Assembly (NCBI GenBank): GCA_001244265.2
Contig: CDLV01000009.1
Span: 744,001 to 808,000, forward strand
Length of the DNA stretch: 64,000 nt
Direction: 5' to 3'
From: Microbotryum violaceum
Lineage: Eukaryota
This document shows, in pieces, positions 35,187 through 48,817 of the stretch. The notes under the pieces were generated by a model, which ran no database searches, was not told the origin of the DNA, and worked only from the letters and a program-made list of their open reading frames with translations. Every line of letters begins with the position of its first letter. The first letter of the stretch is position 1. Both the position numbers and the translations under genes were made by a program.

Positions 35187-36284
35187 GCAAACCCTAATAC
35201 CTACCATAAGTACGAGTCAGTATCTCGCAATGACGCTAGCCACATTCAGTATCATGTGTCCACTAGTATGTGTCCATAAAGGGCGTAGTTCTAGACCTGG
35301 GTCCTGATAGGCTGGAGGGTACATCAGTGGTTCTGCTATTCTGGCTGAAGGGTCGGCGATTATCATCGATCCCCGAGTGATCTCCGAGACGTCGACTAGT
35401 CCCAATCCACGAGCCAAAGTATTTCAATTACACTATTCCATGACCATGATCAGATGACCGAGAGAGATGGGCTTTCATTTCGAGGCCATGACAAGTCGAA
35501 ACTTCACTCAGTTGGGTGGGTATCATGTCGACAGGCGAGCCCCTGCAGGGCAGGCTGGATTCAATTGGCGTGGACGATTTTGAGACATGCTAAATAGGAC
35601 AAGCCGAGGCGAAGAACTCTGCAGGACGGTGATCACCGCAGAGTCCGGACTCATGTGACCAGCTATTTTTATGGAAAACACCGCTTTGATCCAACAATGC
35701 TTGGAGGTAGCGCTAGCAGAAAGTTCGGCCTCAGTCTCTAGTACATCGCGTGCTCGCCGAGACCCTGAAGGGCTCTCGAGATGGAAACTCCTTGTTGTCG
35801 AAAGAATCCAGCCCCTGACCTTGCGGATACGTCACTGCACAGCAATCAAAGCAAGGCTGGGCCAGCTTTGAGTACTCAAGTTTACACTGCTTCACCTGTA
35901 CTCAAAGTTACACTGCTACTGTCGAGATGGCCGCGAACGCCAGGACCCCCCCGCGGCTTGAACCGACTCGGGTTCCGCGGCTGCGAAAAATAGGCTCACC
36001 GCATCAAAGTTTTACAATTTTTCCAGAACATGCGCCAGAATCTCAAGGCAATAACCTGGAGTAATTGAGCTATATCTGCGCTCGATGCTGGGGAGCGTGT
36101 TGACCCATGCATACAAAGTGTCTGACGGCTGGCATGGTCTCACTGAGGGTTCGAAACACCGAAAACGCCCGCGGCTCTGGGGAACTCGGCTCGGCGATGT
36201 GGGGCGTGCGATCGCCGAGCATGTTGTTGCAAACCTTGACCGAGTCTCGTATATTTCAAGCTAGCTCAAAGGATTCGCAATTCG

Positions 36285-39241
36285 TCACGCACCCTGCGTT
36301 GTCAGACTGACGAGGTCCCCAACCTTGATCGAAGGTCTGACGCCCTCGGGACTTCGACTTAGATCCTTCCTCCAAATCATATGCGTGCCTAATCAAGCAA
36401 CAGTTCATCAAGATCCTGATCAACCTCATGTCAAGCGTCCTGACTAGCTCACCAAATTCGATCCTTCCCTTAATCGACTTCCTCCTCCTCGCCAACGTAT
36501 TGAAAGGTACGTTCGTCTTGATCCCCGTCTCTTGATTGACGCCAATCATCAAACATCGCCTACATGCCCCTAGAGCTTGAAAGAATTCGTCCCCGATACG
36601 GAGTAGGTCGATCGAATCTTCGAAGAATGGTGGTAGGTCGATGTCCTCGTCATCGACGCGGGAGGGCTCGGCGTTCGAGGTGGTGAGCTCAAAGTTGGCT
36701 CTGAAACAAGCTGATGAGATCGGTGTGGGGGAGGTCGACGAGTGGCCCGATTCGTTCGAGATCCATTCGTTTACTCGTTTTGTGGAAGAGGAGCTGATGA
36801 GGAGGAAAGGCGATTCGTTGGAGAGCAGGAGGGCTCGAGGCGGTCCTTCGAAATGCGCATGTCGTGAAGACGTCGTCGAGCCTGACGGGAATCGACGTAG
36901 TTGACATTCGAGGCCGAGAAAGGTTGAGAACCATCGGTCGAGATCGGCGTCGACATGTTGTGTCGATACGAGACCACCGCACAGTTGAGCTTCTCGAGTC
37001 GAGGCATCGCAGGTCGGTTCGTCGAGAGGCAAGTTGAGAGCCGGCATGTCGGCTGCGGTGATGTGAAGTCGACGGGTGATGAGGTCAATGCGGGGTCGGA
37101 TGAGGACCATACGAGGATAACACTTCTGCGAAAGGGCTCGACCGGTCCCTGCATCGACTAGCATCCATTCTCGATCGTGCTCGAGCCCTGTCGTGGACAG
37201 GGGCCACGAGGATCCCTCAGGTATCTGCTGACCTCCGCAGGATTTGATTGGGTCTGTATAAACCTCACAGATTAGGGTCAGCAAATCCAGCCTTGCGGTA
37301 TTGGAAAGAAAAAAACTTGCAGACCGTCATGGTGCCCAACCTGATCTGCGGTTGACCCTTCTCGACGAGCGGCGTTCTCGCTCTAACCAACATCATCTCT
37401 TCCCAACTCTCCAAAAAGAAGCGCTCAATAAACTCGACGAAAGAATCGACGTCTTCCCGACTTGAGCTTGCGCCGAAGGAGATCCTTGCCACACCCAGGG
37501 GTCGACCCTCGTCATCGAATTCTTCGTCGTCCCAGCACGCTCTCCCTTTTTCATGCAAGCGCAGCAAGTCTTGGTCGGTGTATTCGAACGCTCGTGTCCA
37601 TACACCCGTGTTACACAGCCCTCCTGTCCGGATTTGGAAGCCATTCATGGTGGCCAGTCGATCTAAGTGCACATGACCGACAGGCGAACCCGCGGCGTCG
37701 TAGAGCGTAAAGCCGATAGTGGGGCCACATCGTTCGTACGAATCGTTGTGCTGGATCGAAACGACTTTAGAACCATTCGTGTGCTTCAGTTGTCCAAGTC
37801 TGGACCGCGCATAGTCGGTCAAGGCCAGAGCATGCGCCGAAACACGTTGATGGGACCCGTAGAGTCGGTTGTGGGTGTCCATCGAGTGCCCTAGAGCGAT
37901 GATGTCGAGGAACGGTAGAGTACCAGCCTCGATTCGTTCATGGCAGGTTGGGTTGGAGGCTCCGGAAGACCCACGGGGGTGAACCCATGCGGGGGAGGAC
38001 ACCGAGAGGGACGAGATAGATCCCCCTCCGAAATAGGGGTCCGATTGAAGCAAGTGAGCCGAGCTTCGCTTGACGATCAATGCTCCTAGTCCAGTCGGCC
38101 ATCCCTGAGCAAACATAGGCATAGATTTAGGCTATGGACTGCATCCTTGCCTCCGTAGGATCCCGGGAACTCACGAAGCATTTGTAGAATGAGCACGCCA
38201 CAAAATCGGGCGCCTCTTCAAGGGGGATCGAGCCGAGATCAAGAACCGACGTAGAGAGATATGCGGCAGCATCCACAAGGACAGACGTCTTTGGAGAGCG
38301 CCTTTTGATGCGGCGTGCTAGGTCAAGACCAATACGAGACCCTGTTGCGTTACATTGCGCTGGGTACCCGATCAGAGCGGCGTCCGAGGTAATGAGGTCT
38401 CTAGTCGAATCGAGGCAGGAAACTGAAGCCCCTCGTGAAGTCGCCACTCCGCGCATTCCGACGAGACTAGCAACAAGAGGGATGTGCTAGCGGTCAGCAA
38501 TTGGTTGCGCGAGACAGGTCGACACCGCGAGGAAATACCTGGTGTGTGACCGTGTCAAATAGGCCAAGCTGGCTCGCTCGCGCTTCCAATCCCAGGCGTT
38601 CGCAACAAGCTTGATGGCGGCTGTGGTGCCACTTGTCCAGACGACATCCCATTCTTGACTCTGCTGCGCATCCTCGAGACCAAAGAGGTGGGATAGGACG
38701 CGGGCCCTCGTGCGGGCGATGTCGATGTCGGTCTGCACGGAGGCCGTCGATCGCGAGTGGGGGTTCGCATACAAGGTCTTTGAGAGGGCTGCATGGAACG
38801 CGAGTACGGATGCGGGTGCAACGGGAGGCGAGGCCGCATAGTCGAGGTAGTGCGTGCCTGTGGTTGATGAATTGGGGTGGGTGAGCAATGTGGTCTAGAC
38901 TGGACTGGACGGGATGACGGTGAGCGCACGAGCTCACCTTTCAGACTGGGATACTCGTCTGCGCGTTGCTTGTCGAACGCGGTCACATCGCCGTAACCGT
39001 AGCTAGTACAGTCAAGGGTTAACTTGGACGTTGAAGCTATGGGACCAGTGTTGTAACCATCGTGGCACTTGTGGCCGCGCGAGGATGGTGGCGACGATGA
39101 CGGGGAGCGGTTGTTCGACGCCGTCGGCGATAGCACCGATCCGCGGCTCGAGGACGACTCGGACGTTGACGATAGTGGCAAGGCTTTGTCTGTGGGTCGA
39201 GATGTGGTCATGATGGGCCAAGCGCCTGGAGATGCTGCCAT
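36285..39241 (-). CDS. hxB: Molybdenum cofactor sulfurase (HxB/MOCOS/ABA3 family)
   Basis: NifS-like domain YLDYAAS...ANPHS, WTSGTTAAIKLVA, LVDAAA, SFYK.FG.PTGLG, RTGGLCNTG, plus C-terminal MOSC domain PIKSCGG, DREWMLVD, FRANF, CRRCLMI. Confidence 0.92.
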
Positions 39242-39489
39242 GGGGAGGAGTTAGGGAAGGTGGGTGACCATGAGCAGGTAGTCGTATCAGCCGAACCCGA
39301 ACCCGAACTCCGCCGGGCCTCGGCCGAGTCGAACGCCCGAGCGAGTGAGAGCGAGTGGGGGCGCAGTCCAAACGGGCGAGCGCTGATTCGCTCGAGCTGG
39401 ATGCCACCAGTGGCACTGCACTCTCTCGTAGAGTGTTGCAGCCCTTACTCCTCTCGCAATCGCTCTTCTACGCTCAACTTTCCCCAATC

Positions 39490-42400
39490 ATGCCAGACGG
39501 GTCCTTTGTCGAGCCGTTCGAGACCCAAGGATGGTCGTCGCAACTCGTCTTCTACCTCAACGGCACCCGCATCGCGCTCGACGGATCCTCGATCGACCCC
39601 GACACCTCGCTGCTGTCCTTCATTCGTTCCCAACCGGGGTTGACCGGCACCAAGCTCGGATGCGGTGAAGGAGGATGTGGTGCTTGCACCGGTGAGATAT
39701 CGTTGTGGCTTTTCAAGTGCCAAGTGATGCAGTTGTGGCTAATCTCCTTGGCCGTTTTGCTCTGGGGCGCGCTTATCATCATGCTCAGTCGTCGTCCAGT
39801 CCAAGCATCCCGTACAAGGCCACATCCAGTCCGCTTGACTATTTGAAGCGTTGCATCATCATCAAGGTTCAATCCTGACCTCTGAATCTCCAACCCTACA
39901 GACATCTCGCCGTCAACGCATGCCTTGCACCTCTGATAAGTGGTTAGTAGCCCCCTCCGACGCCTCACGTCGATTGCCGAATCTCGCTCTCCGAGGACTC
40001 CGAGCTGACCCCAACTTTCCAATCTTGCGGGCGCGCTCAGTCGAGGGGAAGCACGTCATCACTGTCGAGGGCCCGTCAAAACTTGCACTCTCACACTAGT
40101 GACCGATTTGTCAAGTAGCTGACATCACACCTTTCTCCTCAGCCCTCGGCAGCTCGGATAACCCTCACCCGCTTCAGGAGCGCATGTGGAAATTGTCCGG
40201 ATCCCAGTGCGGGTTCTGCACGCCCGGCATCGTCATGTCCGTCTATGCTCTGCTCCGCGAAGCCGCGTACCGTGGTCAGCTGACCGTAGAGGACGTCGAG
40301 CTTGAGGGTGTACTCGATGGCAATCTCTGTCGATGGTCAGTCCATCCCATGCTCCGATCAAAAGCCTGATGCTGACGATCGGTCATCTCGATACACTGGC
40401 AGCACTGGCTACGCTCCAATTCTCGTCGCGGTCAAGTCCTTCGTCGGAGGCTACCTCACCAAGGTGAACGGAAATGGCGCGGAAGCCTCCTCAGGAGCCA
40501 AGGTCGATGACTCGCTTGTCGTTCCATTCAATTTTGACGCTTCGGGATTGGACAATGAGGATGCGACCAAGAAGGCCAAAGCCGGCGCGTGCTGCGGATC
40601 GAACGGATGCTCCAAAGAGGCCAGTACAGACGTGTCGATGCCCGTCCCTTCGGGTAAGGATACTTCCGAACCCCCGATCGATGCGACCGCCGGTGCAATG
40701 GGTCGAACAGCGCCGACCGGCTCAAGCACCGACATCAAGCCTACCAAGCCAAAGGGGTGTGGCCGAGCCGATTGCTGTCAGCTTGACGGAGGCGAAGGAC
40801 CCGCTTCGACCGCCCCTACACATTCCTTCCCTCGATTCGAGTTCAAGCCATATCGGCCTGGCGTCGAGCTCATCTTTCCCCCGGGTCTGCAATCGCACAA
40901 GCTCGCGCCAATCAAATTCGGCTCCAAGGGCAGGATGTGGCTACGACCGACGACGCTCGACCAGCTCCTGTCGCTCAAGGCTCAGTATCCTGACGCCAAG
41001 GTCGTTGGTGGCTCGTCCGAGATGGCGATCGAAGTCGGTATTCTCGGTCGAAAGTACCCTGTCTGCCTCTTCGTTTCGGACATTCCCGAGCTGTACGCGA
41101 TCGAGTTGCCGGACCTCAAATCGAACAAGCCGACGTTCACTTTTGGCGCCAACACGCCCTTGAGCGAGATCGAACAGGTCTGCAAGGACCTGACCAAATC
41201 GTTGCCCAAGAATCAAGCCGGTCCCTTCAAGGCGATCAAGGATCAGCTACGTTGCTTTGCCGGACGACAAGTGCGCAACACGGCTTCCGTCGCCGGAAAC
41301 ATCGCGACCGCATCGCCCATCTCGGATTTAAACCCTATCTGGCTCGCCACCGGGGCGACCCTGATCGCGAGGAACGAGTCGCAGGGCGAGTTTGAACTTC
41401 CTCTTGCTTCCTTCTTTACCGGGTATCGCAAGACAGCATTGCCTGCGGATGCGATCATTGTGAGGATCATCGTCCCCGTCAACACGTCGAGCGAGACCGA
41501 GGTTGTGCGCGCCTATAAGCAAGCCAAGCGAAGGGATGACGATATCTCGATCGTCTGCGCGTGCATGGCGATGCGAGTCGATGCAGATGGCACCATCAAG
41601 TCTGCCAAGCTCGCCTACGGCGGCATGGCTCCCTTCACAATCGCCGCCACCAAGACGCAGGATTACCTCGTCGGCAAGAGCATCACCTCGGACACACTCG
41701 AAGGTGCCCTGGATGTCCTTGCCAAGGAGTTCGATCTCGCGTTCGATGTCCCCGGTGGAATGGCGGCCTACCGACGGACTTTGACGCTGTCCTTTTTCTT
41801 CAAGTTCTTCGTCACGGTCTCGATCGAGTCGGGTCGACCCCTCGACGTCGCCAAGGAGCTATCGAGTACGGAGGAAATCACCGAGTCGATTCATCGCTCC
41901 ATCAGCTCTTCAACGCGTGACAACTCGGACCCCTATGCCCTTGAAGTGGTGGGCAAGCAAGAACCGCACATGTCGGGATTGAAGCACGTGACGGGAGAAG
42001 CGATTTACTGCGACGACATTCCTTCCATCGCCAACGAGGCGTACGTCGGACTCGTCCTGTCGCAGCGCGCTCATGCCAAGATCGTCTCGATCGATGCGTC
42101 TGACGCGCTCGAGCAAGACGGTGTCGTGGGCTTTGTCGACCACAACGATTTGCCGAACGAACGAGCCAACTGGTGGGGATCGGCCGCGATCGACGAGACG
42201 TTCTTCGCTACCGACGAAGTCATCTCCCACGGTCAGATCATCGGTGCCGTCGTCGCCAAAACCAAGTTAATCGCCGCCAAGGCCGCTCGATTGGTCAAAA
42301 TAGAGTACGAGGACCTCCCTGTCATCTTGACAATCGAGGAGGCCATCGCTGCCGGGTCGTTCCACCCTCAGTACGAGCGCAGGATTTCAAGGGGTGACGA

Positions 42401-44467
42401 GATCTCGAAAGCTATGTCCGAGTCCGAGTGCACCCTTAAGGGAGCGACTAGGATGGGTGGGCAGGAGCACTTCTACCTCGAGACGATGGCATCGTTGGTA
42501 GTTCCGAAGGGGGAAGGTGGTGAGGTCGAGGTTTACTCGTCGACCCAGGCTCTAAACGACACTCAGCGATGGGTCGCACAGATTATGGGCGTACCTCGCA
42601 ACCGCGTCGTCGCCAAGGTCAAGCGACTTGGTGGTGGTTTCGGTGGCAAAGAGACGAGGAGTGCCATGTTGACCGCGGTGTGTGCCTTGGCGGCCAAAAA
42701 GACGAAGAGACCCGTTCGAGCCATGTTGGATCGAGACGTCGATATTCGAACGACCGGTCAACGCCACCCTTGTCTCGGAGAGTGGAAGGTTGGCTTCACC
42801 AAGGAGGGCAAGTTGACCGCATTGGACGTGCAGTTCTACGCCAACGCTGGCTACTCACTCGATATCTCGGGAGGGGTGTGCGATCGAGCTTTGGCTCACC
42901 TCGAGAACTCGTACTGGATCCCTCACGTCGACGTCCGTGCTCGATGCTGCAAGACCAATACCGTGTCCAACACCGCGTACCGAGGTTTCGGCGGTCCGCA
43001 AGGCATGATCGTCGCCGAGCATTACCTCGAAGCCATCGCCGAGCACCTCAACCTCGACATCGACCACGTGCGTAAGATCAACCTCTACAAGGAAGCTCAA
43101 AAGACGCCTTACCATCAAAAAGTCCTCGATTGGCATGTCCCTCGATTGTTGGAGGATTGCCGAAAAGAGAGCGATTACGATCAGAGGAAACAGGCTGTTG
43201 ACAAGTTCAACAAGGAGCACAAGTATAGGAAGCGTGGGATCGCGCTTGTGCCGACCAAGTTTGGTTTGGCGTTCGGTGTCAAGGCGATGAATCAGGGAGC
43301 TGCTTTGGTCCATGTTGTGAGTTTTGCGGGTCTCCTAGCCTGAGTGAGAAGGGGAAGCAGTTGGCTGACGGAGAGGCCCGATCATCCGCAGTACATGGAC
43401 GGGTCGGTCCTCGTCGCTCACGGTGGAACGGAGAGTGAGTCGTTCTGCAGCTATCCCTGACAATTGTGAAACGAGTTCTGAAGCTCGTGTACGCCTCATA
43501 GTGGGCCAAGGCTTGTATACCAAGTGCTGCCAAGTCGCGGCGCAGGAGCTTCAAGTACCTCTCTCCTCGGTCTTCACGTCCGAGACGGCGACCAACACCG
43601 TGCCAAACGCGGTTCCCACAGCTGGTGAGTTCGAAAATCGCTGCATTCAATTGATCGATCGCGTCACTTACACGCGAGAGAGTACTCGACTTCATAGGAT
43701 CGGCCGGTTCGGATCTGCAAGCTCACGCGGTGTACAATGCTTGCGCCGAGCTCAACAAGCGCCTCGAACCGTATCGGCAAAAGCTCGGACCCGACGCCTC
43801 CTTCGCCGCCTTGGCCGGTGCAGCATGGGGTGATCGCATCTCGCTCTCCGCAACGGGTCATCACGCCATGCCTGACCTAGGCTACGTCTGGAACGAGCAG
43901 AAAGAGACGGGCAACTTGTTCCACTACTTCACTCAAGGTGTTGCCGCTGCCGAAGTCGAACTCGACACTTTGACCGGCGATCACACCGTCCTGCGAGTCG
44001 ATCTCAAGATGGACGTTGGCAAATCCCTGAACCCTGCCATCGATTACGGTCAAATCGAAGGCGCTTTCGTGCAAGGTCAAGGCTGGTGCACGATCGAAGA
44101 ATCGCTTTGGCTCAAGAACGGCGCGATCCAAACTGTTGGTCCAGGGGCGTACAAAATTCCCGGCTTCGCCGATATCCCCCAAGTGTTCAACGTCGCTTTA
44201 TTGAAAGATGCCGAATGGCCCAACTTGGGGTCCATCAAAGCTTCGAAAGGGATTGGTGAACCGCCATTCTTCCTTGGGTGTTCGGTGTTTTTGGCGCTGA
44301 GGCAAGCGGTCAAATCGGCGAGAATGGATCAGGGCATTCAGGAGAGTGCCGAGTTTAGGTTGCCGTTGACGAGTGAGAGGTTGAGGTTGGCGTGTGGGGA
44401 TCGGTTGGTGCAAAAGGCCAAGGTGGAGCAGAAGGAGGGGCAGAAAGGGTTCTTTGTTTATATTTAG
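39490..44467 (+). CDS. hxA: Xanthine dehydrogenase (molybdo-flavoenzyme)
   Basis: GTKLGCGEGGCGAC, QCGFCTPG, GNLCRCTGY, FAGRQVRN, GGQEHFYLE, RLGGGFGGKETR, TAYRGFGGPQG, GQIEGAFVQG, SKGIGEPP. Confidence 0.95.
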
Positions 44468-44701
44468 GAGCGCGAATTTGTGTGTACATGTAGGCCTTGC
44501 TATGATTTTCGCGCTTGACTTCTTATCTGTGCAATCGGAACGGTGTTCATATCCGGCCCGACGCGAGCTCAGGATAGTCCAGAGCGTTGTCCGAAAAAGA
44601 TCTCATCAAATGTCAAAACGGGATCTGAACACACACAAAAATATAAAGAGAATCATCTTCGTCTCCATTCTTCATCTCTTCTACAGCTCCAAATCCTCGA
44701 C

Positions 44702-45863
44702 CTAATAGCCGGCAGCACCAGGAGCGTTCTCTCCCTCCCTCTTGAGCGAAAGGAGCACCTCCTTGAACCGGGTCAGGTCGTTCTTGCTCTTGGTCGAAGT
44801 CTTTGATCGCGAGTCGTTGAGGTCTACGAGCGCGCAAACGCGTTCCCATGTCGTACCCTTGGCCAAAGCGTCCGTTTGAGCGGCGTTGAAAGCGGCTTCT
44901 TCCTCCCTGTTTTCGAAACATGAGGGGGGTCAGATTGCGGGTTATATCGCACAAAGGCCAACGCTCTCCCAACGCACTTGTTGGCGGCGATGTTCTTCTC
45001 CTTCTTCTGGTTGTACTCTTTGTAAAAGTTATCGATCGCGTGCTGGGCCTTGACGATGGTCTCCTCGCGCTTGGCCGTGGACGCCTCCTCCCTCCGCGCG
45101 ATCTCCTCTTTTTGTTTCACGCGCCAGGATCTGTGAACGCATACGTGTCGGCTACGGTTAAGAAGGGGGTTACTTCGTATTTAGCGTTTGAAGCGCGTGG
45201 AGCTGCTGACTGTATGAATTCAGAGTCCTGCTCTGATGCTGGTGCGGCGGTGCCGGGTTGGAAGGCGGGTGTGGAAGGGGATTGAGACGAATGGAAGAGG
45301 TTGTTCTTGTTTGAAGAAGAGTTGAAGCCGTTCGACTGTGAGCGGTTGGTGAGTTGTCGAGATGGGATGAGATGGGCGGGGTTGGGTTGGGTTGGTTGTG
45401 GGGTGACACGCATGCCGGAGACGGAAGCGATAAGAGAGAGGAGAGAGCCGGCGTCAGTGTGATCTACGATAGAACGATCCAGCTTGGAGCTTGGACTAAC
45501 CTGCTGAGAAGGGAGCTCGATCTCGGGGTAATCCTGCTCGAACGCGGCCAACTCGGTATGGTTCGTCACGCTGACCGCACCCGTCCCATTCGATGTCGGT
45601 GCCCCAACCGGCGCCGATGATGCACCTCCCAAGAAATCCAAATCATCGTCGTCGTCCTCCTCATCGTGCTGAGCACCAGGGACATCCAAATCGGGGAAAG
45701 CGGAGGCGGACCGTTCATAGTCCTTGGCAGAGCTCGAGGCAGCAGCACCGGTCGTCGTCGCGTCACCAAAGCTTTCGCCCAACGCGGCCCGTTCACGAGC
45801 GAGGAAATCGGCGGTAGGGTCCGACGAACTCGATTCGGTAGGCGGGTTGAAAAAGTCGTCCAT
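44702..45863 (-). CDS. CLC1: Clathrin light chain
   Basis: DPTADFLARERAALG...FPDLD...WREKQKEEIARREE...AIDNFYKEYN...GTTWERVCALVDL...DLTRFKEVLLSLKREGENAPGAAGY*. Confidence 0.92.
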
Positions 45864-46197
45864 GTTGGCCGGGTTGAAGTGTGGGATCGGTGCGGGTTGA
45901 GGTCAAAGTGGACTCGTGGGGTGAGGCGGTGGCAGCGCGCGCGTGTCCGGCCCGTGAGCCAGCCTGAGCAGTGCCTGAGCCAGCCTCAGTGTGGGCAGGT
46001 GTGGGCAGGTGCGGGCAGTGTGCGGGCCCGCCCAGCCAGGCCCAGCCGAATGAGAATGAGAATTTGGCTGCCACAAGATGAGCGCGTGCACACGCGGCGG
46101 GCGCGGCGGGGTGGCAGGCCTGAGGCGGCGTTCGCTCCTTCGCTTCCCGGCCTCACCTCCTTTGACTCTGCGGCTCGCCCAGGTGGTCAACTTCATC

Positions 46198-48628
46198 ATG
46201 GGTCAGTACAGTTTGCGTTCATAGCCCCTTCGCACCCTCCGTGAAACCGCGACTACCCGCTTTGTCCCCTTCCGCGGCACGCCCACCCGCTGTTCCAACC
46301 CCCTGTATGCGCGTCAACCGAGTGCATGTACTGACTGACCCCTGCGGGCTCTCCCTTCCTTTCCCTCCCTACAGGCATCTGGTCGCCAGCCGCCTACGAT
46401 GCACTCCTGCTCGAAAAGATAAAAATGATGCTGTAAGAACACACTGACCGCATTCACTGCACTGCACAATCACTCGCACAAGTCCCCGCGTGCCTTCCCA
46501 CCTGATACTGACGTCTCGCCTCCAAATGACGAACAGCTCGTCGCATCTCAACTCACTCAAACACGCTACCATTCGTACCACCTACGAACAGTTCGTCCTC
46601 GACCTCGACGTCCAGGACGAAGGCAGCAAGAATGCCGTAAAGTCACTCATCCGCGTAAGCTACGTCCCTCGCCAAATCTTCCGCCTCTTCCCGCCCACCT
46701 CTGACCTGATCCAATCACCCCCATCACAGGAAACCGTCGTGAGGAGAAGGTTATTACCCCATAGTCAACCGAGCCATCCGAACGTCGCCGAACCAGCCCT
46801 GACATCCGCTCCTCGATCCGGCTTACTCTTTGGCCCGAGCGCTCGGACATCTGCTGCTGCATCAACTTCGAATGAACCGGCTCTTCAGTTGGAGGCTGCT
46901 TCTAGAGCAGCTTCCAACGCGTGGACTACCACCTCCGCTAGTAGTGGTCGAGAAACGAGGATCCAGGCCCCCTCTGGTCCTATCATCAGCATCGCACCTC
47001 GTCGATCGACGACGGGTGCAGAGGCAGCGACGTTGTCGACGACTCGCCTACCTCGTCCTGCCCGAGTGAACGACGCCACCGATTCGCGAACCACTTTGAA
47101 CGACGATCCACGCTTATCATGGCAGCAGTTTCTGTCTGAGAGTACGGGCGGCGACCAATCGACGTTCGAAACCACCTTGGGCTCGTCCTCATTCATCCCC
47201 ATTCAAGTGCCGACCCCATCAACGAGGGAGATTGTCGATTTACCTAGACCAGGTGGTCACAACCACAACGGTTCCGCCAGTCCACCTTCCACAACACCGA
47301 CCCTTCGGACGACCGTCACACTCCGACCTCGACCTCCCCCACCACCTCGGGTAGCGACCCTTCGACCACCCCCAACGGCCGAACAAATTTGGTCCACGCT
47401 CTTCGATGACGTTCCCTTCCCCCTCGACGACCTCGTACACATCCCCTTTGAAGTCTTTCTCCTCTCCTTGAACGAAGTGATGAACCCTCCGATCGCGCAC
47501 GCGACGACCTTCTCGAATTTATGCGATGAATTACAATGTCGTGATCCGGGCTTCAATACGCGCTTGAGGAGGATCCAAAGAGGGGAAAGTGCTTCGAGGT
47601 TGTTGTATCAATTGAGGAATGTGGCAAATTCGGAGGGACGGGGAATGGGTGAGCGTATTTCGGTTGAGGAAGCGACGAGAGAAGATAGGGAACGGGAGAG
47701 GGAGAGGGGTAGGGGTGTTGCGGAGGAGGCTGAAGCGGACGCGAGGGCTGATGATGCGAGGGAGAATGTGAGGAGGTTCATGAGGGAGGCGGCAGGGAAT
47801 GACGATGAGGACGATGAGGACGAGGAAGAGGAAGATAATACACTGAGGACTGACCCGTTCTTGGATCCGGACTTCAACTACGATCAAGACATGTCCGATC
47901 CACTGGACGGCGAAGAAGAAGAGCAAGTGGCGAATGCGGAAGAGAACTTCAGGGAATATTCGAGTCGGTTGAGGAGCTTGTGGAGGAGTGGGGCTTACGA
48001 GTGGGTTCAAGAGGTATTGAGGGTCGAGGGGGGGGCGACTTCGAATACGGGTACGGAAGATTCGACACCTGTTTTGGAAGCGACGACGACCGCGGCAACG
48101 TCGACGACTGTTTCGCCGCCACCGATGGTAGCGACCACGAGGGAGTCGGAGTGCCCGACTGAAGGATCGAGTCCCAGAAGATTGACCTTGTCGACGTCGA
48201 TGCCGACGCCGAGGAGCTCAGCAGAGATTGCAGAAGCCGCACAAAGAGCAAACCGCAGGATACGGCCCATCCCCTCACGAGCTCAAGCTATCCCTACTTT
48301 ATCCTCCTACTTGGACACGACGACAACGAGGAGGCCTACAGCACCTGCGACGGATGCGAATACCAGTGGTCCTGGGACGATGGGTGCGTTGAGGAGACGT
48401 TTGAGGCTGGACCGAGGGCCCGAGTTCGAAGGGGATGGTATGGGAGGCACGAGGTGGACTTGGAGTGATCGGGGTCGTAGGGAGGAAGGGGTTGAGGAGG
48501 GAGCCGATGCGTATCCCCGTTTTAGTACGAGGATGGTGACGATGACGGAGGCGGGGACGGGGAATGGGAGGGATGATGATGACGCGGGGGAGGATGTATA
48601 TGAAGGCTCGAGGGTGTTCCATTTGTGA
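46198..48628 (+). CDS. Uncharacterised, largely disordered protein with a small N-terminal helical domain (DEK-C-like by eye)
   Basis: Spliced MGIWSPAAYDALLLEKIKMMLSSHLNSLKHATIRTTYEQFVLDLDVQDEGSKNAVKSLIRETVVRRR, followed by a long S/T/P-rich and acidic exon. Confidence 0.6.
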
Positions 48629-48817
48629 AAAGTGGGGACCGGACGAAGATCCGTTCGGGTGACTTGTGTTGTGTTCTTCGTTCGTTTCATGTATGTGTGT
48701 TTGTGATACAACATTCTACTTCAATTTTGAAGTTCGTACTCGAATAGATTTGTACTACAGGCTTATATCTAGTGAGTTCGTCAGATGGCCTAACGCTGGC
48801 GGTCGCATCGATTTCCT

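Noticed and set aside
35950-35995. GC-rich hairpin CCGCGG...GAACC..GGTTCCGCGG between GMC and hxB
   Set aside because: An isolated short hairpin with no matching terminus or RNA-gene features.
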